A stretch of 64,000 bases of DNA from an uncultured Candidatus Saccharibacteria bacterium (lineage in GTDB: Bacteria; Patescibacteriota; Saccharimonadia; Saccharimonadales; CAIOMD01): the NCBI GenBank assembly GCA_963716565.1, contig OY970318.1:385934-449933 (forward strand), given 5' to 3'. The notes beneath the pieces were generated by a model. That model was not told the origin of the DNA and did no database searches. It worked only from the letters and a program-made list of their open reading frames with translations. Positions 61,501 through 64,000 of this stretch are shown here, piece by piece. Both the position numbers and the translations under genes were made by a program. How positions within the stretch are numbered: the first letter of the stretch is position 1; every line of letters starts with the position of its first letter.

Positions 61501-62478
61501 AATTCGACCAGTATCGTTTACCGCTTGTATAGACGCAAAAGCGTTTGTTCCATTGGAAGCGTTCGTAAAGCTAATCCCCCGGTACCAGGAATCACTATTT
61601 ACCCTAACATCTAGCGGATAGCTCGGAGTGCTAGTGCCAACACCTATAGCTGTATCAAATATACCCGTACCACTTATCCAAAAATTGGCCGTTTGGGCTG
61701 ATGTGTTCTGGTTTTGAATATAATTACCACTTCCTGAGCCAGCCAAAGCAAAATCACTGGCCTCATAACCATCTAGTAGATCAGCGTTAAGATTAGTGAC
61801 CTTGTAGTTAGAATCTACCCCAAATGGGGCTGATGAACCAGCAGTACCACCATTGAAGGCTGGAATGCCAGTGACTACTTCGTTCTGGTTGAGATTGAAG
61901 TAGTTAGCCTTGGCTGTTGACCAACTGGGATCGGTTTCGTTAGTTAGAAAGCCCGATACATTGACAGTCGGAATGTTGATGTCTGGGATGTCAATGACGT
62001 CACCGCTGTTGCCGGCCGTAACGATCATCTGGTATTCATCGCCATCGTAGAAGTACAGCTGGTTGGTTTGGTTGTCGACGTAGATTTGGCCAATGACAGG
62101 GTTGGCTGGAGCTTCACTGGGAGTAACTACTACCGAACCGTTAACTCGAAGATTACCATTGATGTCTAGTTGGCTGATTTGGCCTAGGGCGGAGGCAAGG
62201 TCGGTGCCAGAACTATTAATTGGCAAGGATAACAAAGTGTAAGCACCGTCTTGGCTAGGGCCGGTCTGCGAAGCCTGTCGCATCTTGCCAGCCAAAGCAA
62301 CCAATAAGACTACCAACAAGCTGGTAAGCACAATAAATAACACAGGCCACATTCTCTTTTTCGAAGGGTTGGCCTCAACAACAGACGCTCGCAGCACAGG
62401 ATGTTCTGGTAATTTTGAAGCCATCGCCGTTGTAGGGCGCGGGTTTTTCACTGGTTCTTCGATATAATCAATATCCAC
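55540..62478 (-). CDS. Giant membrane-anchored fibre/adhesin D (2312 aa): many GNVGIGTTxP tail-fibre repeats, S74 chaperone
   Basis: KKR followed by TM, many G(N/Y)VGIG-type repeats, S74 block nearly identical in DNA to gene A, C-terminal domain of the B/C type. Confidence 0.85.
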   Translation of the reverse strand: MDIDYIEEPVKNPRPTTAMASKLPEHPVLRASVVEANPSKKRMWPVLFIVLTSLLVVLLVALAGKMRQASQTGPSQDGAYTLLSLPINSSGTDLASALGQISQLDINGNLRVNGSVVVTPSEAPANPVIGQIYVDNQTNQLYFYDGDEYQMIVTAGNSGDVIDIPDINIPTVNVSGFLTNETDPSWSTAKANYFNLNQNEVVTGIPAFNGGTAGSSAPFGVDSNYKVTNLNADLLDGYEASDFALAGSGSGNYIQNQNTSAQTANFWISGTGIFDTAIGVGTSTPSYPLDVRVNSDSWYRGISFTNASNGTNAFASIQAVNDTGRIIEIGLSSSGTSNPSAAFIRASSATTSLNILNGSSSRPMIFGAGTTGLVTEWGRFAAGNFGIGDTSPLAMLTVGSGDLFQVNTSGQIAAAAGITSSGTITFSALNTAGMVTNTAAGVIGTVATVPLANGGTNADLTASNGGIVWTSATQMQVLSGTATAGLCLLSGSNTTPSWDVCPGGGVPTSRTLSINGTSYDLTANRSWSVGDMLLGTAQSVTALKTFDNSMLAMKGTSTGVTTIATANTSANNYTLTLPAATGVVALTSDLHSAVTLGTANGLGLSTQQLSLALASAATTGALSDTDWNIFNNKQPAGSYLTAEADDLADVTGRGANTSTASAFNGGLTASSLTVNNLSTAGIVTNTAAGVIGTVATVDVVNGGTGAATFAQYGVLYGNTTSAIQATAAGATGQCLIGTTGAAPSWGACGVGGSGMNSLTLAGSSGTPQSITDTDTITIAQGTNITTVAGATDTVTISTVDNPTFATSTTTPTVYGSTAANGTLTLQGNSAVAGNTLTNANLQFKVGDAGATTAMTILNNGYVGVGATNPQSQLVVTGTGQTTGDFNTAGAMGGALLLDGGAGGAVGNGGAIVFSAGSQQWKFAAIKGYVTDGSSNTRGDIIFSTRRNVTDSTLTESMRILSSGNVGIGDSSSDQRLEVMSATAANTQLTVSNINAGSYDAQIGFELADGTNTFTLGVDDSDSDKFKISTTALGTNDRLVIDSSGNIGISGNTAPRQNLSVGSYLDIYSGGVNSPTVPSIRGVATNNLVLNPYSTGSVYLSYDAGTGGVLFGNGASVVTGRVNSSGYATLGSASDLAGSSYALYSNAKPAYLNGDGTYSAFMMNGNVGIGTTAPTFRLSVVQPGQSIESSPALISQAQMDSAISVQGSGQAYFMGRDVTNDIEFVMGVSGGSSSVFAGSMTSHDFHLRTNNVNRLSVMNTSGYVGIGTTAPSSLLELSSDADLKMTLSSYGTSSGSAFVARRARGTAASPTAVLADDQLGGLAGSGYGVSTWGTETAAAIKMFAAENFTESARGSYFTFSTTAIGATAKSERLRIDSSGNVGIGTTNPTGIFEVMKAGAGRTRGALLVNDKDVTIGQLSSTASDGTILNVVNRLGASYFNVNTITGTSYFTGNVGVNTTTPLTKLDVAGSGRFTGAATSVLTGSIDPTASTTVTGVGTLFTTELVVGDRITVTGETRTVTAIASNTSLTVNTAFSDNANDASPDKLPAILIARDSSNAVALVVNDLGNVGIGTASPSYRLNVSDQVAASGPTVGIGVTQTQVNTADTADMSLVVARTLTASSASNQAVFRNSRFIVGNNLTGGGAISSMRGIEVYTNTSASTATTELVPLYIYQGTVAGTVTTGKGIYIDGVQANTNKVGININSLAGATNNTYLLMGTSTAPSGSFGIYNSSANNNYFAGNIGIGASSPDSKLTLSGTDSSAAAGPHIKIFTSADTYPLYQQLNQSHDNMAMAFDSYFNGTNWISSDAGSNYQLQKNSDYFSLLYSSGVAAGSTVSSWNVGFRVTTAGYLGIGDISPDQKLEVMNTGTALTQITVSNTNAGDYDSQIGFELTDGTNLFTMGVDDSDSDKFKISTTGLGTNDRLVIDSSGNMGIGTGSPITTLGRSLHVYNTANTGDVASNATVVVESVNRNASYLAVISSTGTSSWLAYDSGLSTIYGGVYVSTNSGSPYTAIYSNNAERLRVNSAGNLGISNTSPGYLLHVGSASVADGTAVARFENAGGTCTVTPNTAGGITCTSDERLKKDITTYGDALNQILGLRTVSYHMLADAETDTLHVGFIAQEYEQLFPDLVYTDAQGIKSISYAGLTPYLATAIQQQQQTIEELSSRVATLSSNLQYNSDLNLTTITGNLTVTGNVQVANLSVNGHIISAGETPTIVAGVAAGEGAVTEVLGNDTSGTITITTGKNVLADKLVELIFNRPFGKQPRVILTAGDANAAELNIFRGASSDGFTINLTQLPQENTTYIFDYVVIE

Positions 62479-62595
62479 CGCCAGCCCTACCCTTTCACCT
62501 TAGTCGAAGAGATCAAATTATATATCATTTGCCTTTTGGTTTGTTTACCCCTCATACAATCTGTATACATTTTCTCTGCATTTACTCTCTATTAC

Positions 62596-62777
62596 AAGAT
62601 AAAAATACACTTTTTTTGTTCAATAAAATAACCCTCGAAAGAGGGCATTTTAACCAATTATACGTAGTTTAAGCAACAACGGTACAGATTAAAAAGTTCA
62701 TATAATTATAGATACCATCAGTTGAAATCGTTGTATTAATTATAACTAATACAGATTGCGCATATGCTTTATCCACA
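62596..62777 (-). promoter_or_regulatory. Conserved upstream module of gene D
   Basis: TTGAAC-N16-TATCTT; GTAGT-N7-ACAAC at 62664; GTTGT-N7-ATAAC at 62730; TTATCCACA at 62769. Confidence 0.7.
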
Positions 62778-62807
62778 CATCATTGCATTAAACTAAATAA
62801 GATATGT

Positions 62808-63671
62808 CTATAGCGTTATTACAAGATACATTGACGCGACCGCTATAACTGCTATTAGAGCCGTCATGGACATAGCCTGGGCCAAAGAGCCATAAATTGT
62901 GGATTTTGCCAGCGGATTACGGCCAGCGGCAATGATAGAACTTTTAACAGAGCTATAAGCGATTACTATTATAGATATAAGCCCAATTATTGCGATGGCC
63001 ACGCACACAGTCAAGCGCAAAGCCGAAACTGGTTTGCCTGCAATTTTAGCAGCCCACTTCTCTATTGCGTTTAAATCGTTATCTTCATTAGATGTTATTG
63101 AATTTACCCCAATTTGGATGGGAATATAACCAACATAAACGTCTATAGTCCTGCCTTGATCATCTATGGCCGTTTCTTCTTGTGCATTTTCACTATTCTG
63201 GCTAAAGGCTGCTTGGGCAACGCCTATCACCCTATCGCCATCCTGAGCTTTAGCACCTACACCGTTTATTGATGATTGGGCGATAAAGTCGCCAGTACTG
63301 ATATCGCCAGCAAGATTGGTCACTATAGCCATGGCTTGACCGCTTATTGCAACTTGTACTTTGTTACTTTCTGAATTAACCGCTAGCAACGAATCTCCCA
63401 ATTCGACAGCTACCCCTAATAGGTATTCACTGTTTTGCTTGCTGGCCAATACAACCTCTTTGTCATCGTCTTTGCTTAAACTTACCAGATTACCCGATAC
63501 AATCTCTTCTTCGGTAGAAAAGGACTTAGAAAGATTCTCGGCAGCCGCAATTGCAACAATACCCGTAACTCCCGTAGCCAAGAAACCTAGGGTGCAGATC
63601 CCAATAATACTTACAATTCTGCTCGTCGCCTGTTTAAAACGCGCCAGGTTGTGCTTAGATATGACTTTCAT
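62808..63671 (-). CDS. Hypothetical membrane protein: N-terminal TM, domain related to the C-terminus of giant A, C-terminal TM hairpin with GRNPLA
   Basis: 287-aa ORF; SFSTEEEIVSGNLV..LLGVAVE..VQVAISG..GDFI..GVG..VIGVA pattern. Confidence 0.75.
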   Translation of the reverse strand: MKVISKHNLARFKQATSRIVSIIGICTLGFLATGVTGIVAIAAAENLSKSFSTEEEIVSGNLVSLSKDDDKEVVLASKQNSEYLLGVAVELGDSLLAVNSESNKVQVAISGQAMAIVTNLAGDISTGDFIAQSSINGVGAKAQDGDRVIGVAQAAFSQNSENAQEETAIDDQGRTIDVYVGYIPIQIGVNSITSNEDNDLNAIEKWAAKIAGKPVSALRLTVCVAIAIIGLISIIVIAYSSVKSSIIAAGRNPLAKSTIYGSLAQAMSMTALIAVIAVASMYLVITL

Positions 63672-63747
63672 AGATTATAGGACCCACCCAATCATTTTAT
63701 AAACATTAGCCTAACCAGATTTTATATCGTTTACTCTAAGCGCGCAA

Positions 63748-64000
63748 TTATTTAACACTAATCTCTTTAATCGAGATTCTGGTTTTTTGCTGGCGATGCC
63801 CTTGTACTTTTTTAACTCTCTTTTTAGCTTCAAATCTAATAGATAGGACCTTATCGTCTTTTACCATGGATTCAACAACTTCGGCGACCACCTTCGCACC
63901 TTCAACAACAGGCTGACCGACTAATGTCTTGTCGCCATCTATAACCAATAAGGGTTGGAATTCTATAGCTTTTTTATCTTTTATTAGTTCAATATCAACA
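63748..64000 (-). CDS. rplU: 50S ribosomal protein L21 (5' end outside the window)
   Basis: VGQPVVEGAKVVAEV, KKVQGHRQQKTRISI. Confidence 0.92.
   Translation of the reverse strand, partial: VDIELIKDKKAIEFQPLLVIDGDKTLVGQPVVEGAKVVAEVVESMVKDDKVLSIRFEAKKRVKKVQGHRQQKTRISIKEISVK

Noticed and set aside
35772-62478. Prophage tail region
   Set aside because: No capsid, portal, terminase, baseplate, lysis or integrase genes. The proteins have N-terminal TM anchors and lie between core genes.
48535-62777. oriC, suggested by DnaA boxes near parAB
   Set aside because: The boxes are single and ~7 kb apart rather than clustered, there is no dnaA/dnaN in the window, and gene orientation does not switch.
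48360-62800. Integron attC or dif-type recombination sites between the giant genes
   Set aside because: No RYYYAAC/GTTRRRY pairs or XerD arm were found, the 7-bp spacers of the palindromes differ, and no recombinase is nearby. Operators are the simpler reading.
35883-63702. Numerous short plus-strand ORFs, some repeated
   Set aside because: Antisense shadows of the repetitive G/T/A/S-rich coding modules.

Overview
Chromosomal segment of a small-genome Patescibacteria (CPR) bacterium, most likely Saccharibacteria. This is inferred from gene content and order; it uses standard code 11 and has prfB. 1-35.6 kb is housekeeping: translation (rpmA, prfB, hpf, serS, lysS, proS, frr, tsf, rpsB, rpmE2, prfA, prmC), secA, ftsEX-CHAP-ctpA, envelope genes (GT-C + GtrA, sortase, LCP, uppS, polyprenyl synthase) and parAB. 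It also carries a heliorhodopsin and an apparent LysRS-DUF2000 fusion. Many genes in the first ~20 kb are frameshifted, most likely from sequencing errors. 35.8-62.5 kb is a 27-kb tandem array of four ~2000-2300 aa membrane-anchored, tail-fibre-like proteins with S74 autocleaving chaperones and no phage genes in the window. They are mosaics of near-identical DNA modules with interchangeable binding domains. Three of them sit behind a shared ~180-bp upstream architecture: sigma70-like promoter, two GTWGT-N7-AHWAC sites exactly 66 bp apart, and a perfect DnaA box, with spacing conserved to within 1 bp. No tRNA, rRNA, CRISPR or transposase was seen.
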